Shown piece after piece: positions 61,575 through 64,000 of a stretch of 64,000 nt of DNA. The translations under genes were made by a program, and so were the position numbers. How positions within the stretch are numbered: position 1 is the stretch's first letter; each line of letters begins with the position of its first letter. Below the pieces are notes generated by a model that worked only from the letters and a program-made list of their open reading frames with translations, did not search any database and was not told the origin of the DNA. Where the stretch lies: positions 744,001 to 808,000 of the forward strand of contig NC_043019.1 of NCBI RefSeq assembly GCF_006345805.1, given 5' to 3'. This DNA comes from Octopus sinensis. Lineage: Eukaryota.

Positions 61575-61674
61575 NNNNNNNNNNNNNNNNNNNNNNNNNN
61601 NNNNNNNNNNNNNNNNNNNNNNNNNNNNNNNNNNNNNNNNNNNNNNNNNNNNNNNNNNNNNNNNNNNNNNNNNN
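61575..61674. other. Assembly gap (100 N)
   Basis: Run of n. Confidence 1.
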
Positions 61675-61675
61675 A

Positions 61676-62555
61676 GGACATACCCAGAAAGTTCAGTTCT
61701 TGAATTTAGACATGTAGCATTGTCTAAACAAACTTTTCTAAATGAGCCTTCTTTCCATATCGTAAAGACTGCACTTTCCAAAGCCGTGGTTTATACTTGG
61801 CCAAGATCTTCCAGTGAATCTTATAGCTGACACCTTTTCCTTTTAAGGGCCATATATGACTGGATAATTTGGTTGCTTTCTTTTTATCTCAGTGTCTGGA
61901 GTTTAAGGTGTGATTTTTGAATCTGGTTTTAAAATTTCTCGTTTGTCATACCCACATATTTCTTTCACGCAACTGTCCTTAGTGGATGTAGAGTCGACGG
62001 TGGCTTCATAAATAATGGCCTCGGTCATACATGCTCCATTTAGCGGGCACAAACTCTGCAGGAACAGCCGGCTTAATTTTGCTGTTTTTGTATATTCTGT
62101 CCAATTATAATTTTAAAGTTAGTAGTATTACTAGAACTAATTTTTAAGCTATGTCAACGATCTTTCTATAATTATGATTGATTGGAAAATGCCTATCTAT
62201 AAGTGATAAGAAATATCTAACTATATTAAAGGTCACTTCCGGAGAGTAATGTGGTGTGAACCAGATAATTTTCCTATTCCTATTTTTTCTTTTCTTTGTA
62301 ACTGGACTAATAACAGGTGTAGAGGTTATTTCTTCCCTAAAACCGCTATCTTTTAGGGCTATATTGTATATTGGGGAAACACTATTAAAATGTTTATTTT
62401 GGAGGAGAGGTTAGAAATTCTCTTGCTAATGTTTTTAATTAAATTCTTAAATACTATGGGGGGATGGCAGCAACCTATATTGATATAGCTGAGTCTATCG
62501 TTGGGCTTTCTATAGTGTTTGTAAATACTCTAATTTAAATCTAAAGATACATCTA
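61676..62555 (-). pseudogene. Penelope-like element C-terminal part (thumb, linker Zn-finger, GIY-YIG), degraded
   Basis: RKIIWFTPHYS..VT.NI.RYFLSLIDRHFP; CSCR..CPLNGACMTEAIIYEATV...KYVGMT..KFKTRFKNH; IHWKIL; KCSL..ME; LNSRTEL, with frameshifts. Confidence 0.85.
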
Positions 62556-62578
62556 AGAAATAAACAACTGTCAGGTTA

Positions 62579-62639
<61 letters not shown>

Positions 62640-62640
<1 letters not shown>

Positions 62641-63025
62641 TAGCAGTATCGCCCGCGTAGCTCGGGTTGTAAGGGAAATAACTATATAAGCATTTTTAGA
62701 GATATAAAGTATAATAGCCATCTCAATATAGCTAACCACAAAGGGGGGTTGTTACTGTAGCTTTTTACGTTCTGAGATTTAATAATAAATTTTTAGAGAT
62801 TTATTTCCCTTATATATGCCAAAAATGGAAAAAATTTATGGTAATTTTTTTTTTAAATCGTAGACTCATCGTAGACGCGCGCTAATACCCAGAACGGCTC
62901 AATATGAATCAGGACTATACGATACCCGGTTTTGGTTAAACTGCACCGCAAAATGTAGGAGTAGTTAGGAATCTAAATCGTAGGAGACAGACAGCACACA
63001 ACCTTACTTTTATATATAAAGAAGA
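62640..63025 (-). mobile_element. Non-autonomous Helitron
   Basis: 3' cccgagctacgcgggcgatactgCTAG in (TA)n; 5' ~200 bp shared with 13076. Confidence 0.88.
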
Positions 63026-63050
63026 TATATATATATATGTGTGTGTGTGT

Positions 63051-63346
63051 GGAGGCGCAATGGCCCAGTGGTCAGGGCAGCGGACCCGCGGTCACAGGAT
63101 CGCGGTTTCAATCCCAGACCGGGCGTTGTGAGTGTTTATTGAGCGAAAACACCTAAAAGCTCCACGACGCTCCGGCAGGGGATGGTGGTGATCCCTGCTG
63201 TACTCTTTCACCACTCTTTCTCCCACTCTTTCTTCTGTTGGCCTGCTCGCTCAGCCTGCGGGGTGGCGTCATACGAAGGCTAAAACAATGCGAACGCATT
63301 GTGACCAGCGATGTGTAACTACATCTGATGGACTGGTCGGTCACGT
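63051..63346 (+). mobile_element. Chimeric SINE: head C + tail E
   Basis: Head as 15987 until ...ctctttcttctgtt, then the ggcctgctcgctcagcc... tail also seen at 25055. Confidence 0.85.
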
Positions 63347-63357
63347 ATGATATCATA

Positions 63358-63403
<46 letters not shown>

Positions 63404-63737
63404 ATACGTTAATTATGCGATTGAGAAATTGTAATACTGATATGTTTGGGAGAAATAGAGCAAGCAAACACTTTTAAAATTGAGTTAACTCTGAAGTTTT
63501 TAGACTCCAGAGGAATTGACGTACGGTTTAACAACATTCCACGTTCATATCAATATATTTAAACACATAAAAACGGTGACATAGAGAGCAACAGAGGAGA
63601 AAAAGATCTCATTACGTAAGGTATATCATGCTGACACATATACACATATGTATGTGTGTTACATTCACGTGCATACATACACAGAGCTATATATACATAC
63701 ATACATACACACGCACGCACACACACACACACACACT

Positions 63738-63782
<45 letters not shown>

Positions 63783-63869
63783 CGATACGATCATTTGAAA
63801 GATACTGATCATTTGAAAGATACTGAAAAGATATTTGTTATTTTCAGCTCCAAAAATTATACACGTGTT

Positions 63870-64000
63870 ACGTTAAATCGACTGAAAATATTCCGCAAAC
63901 TTTTGATGAGAAAGTCCTTGAAAGTGATGGTGGGCAGGATCCTTGTCACAGTCTCTGTCACCTTCTCCCTAACTTGGGAAACAACCATAAGTTACAAGGA
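63870..64000 (-). pseudogene. Mariner transposase C-terminal remnant
   Basis: PCNLWLFPKL (PCDFWLFPKL-like) and ETVTRILPTITFKDF. Confidence 0.5.

Overview
AT-rich eukaryotic, repeat-dominated DNA with no recognisable host protein-coding exon. The abundant (TA)n/(CA)n/(AAT)n microsatellites and the tRNA-derived SINE families suggest a coleoid cephalopod, probably Octopus (inference, not a database result). Almost every listed ORF is a microsatellite artefact. Real coding remnants are all transposon-derived: mariner (x4), Tc1, a maT/DD37D-like C-terminus, RTE reverse transcriptase, two CR1/L2-type LINE 3' ends, two R4/Dong-type RLE LINE loci and three Penelope-like (PLE) fragments. There are also six to seven non-autonomous Helitrons, three MITEs and about 30 SINE copies. 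The most striking unexplained structure is a dense set of fold-back (inverted-repeat) elements, mostly embedded in (TA)n. Six unrelated sequence families carry minimal type-I hammerhead ribozyme (HHR) motifs with short palindromic or near-palindromic stem III. One locus (10103-11117) has a 459-nt direct-repeat unit that begins exactly at the predicted HHR cleavage site, like a retrozyme or non-autonomous PLE. Other highlights: a SINE tail shared with a LINE 3' end whose stem-loop covaries, modular SINE head/tail shuffling, a mariner MITE carrying an inverted copy of nearby DNA, a MITE flanked by a 90-bp direct duplication, and an old ~850-bp inverted duplication that provides an empty site for a Helitron. 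Identities were estimated by eye and family names come from remembered motifs; coordinates may be off by a few bases.
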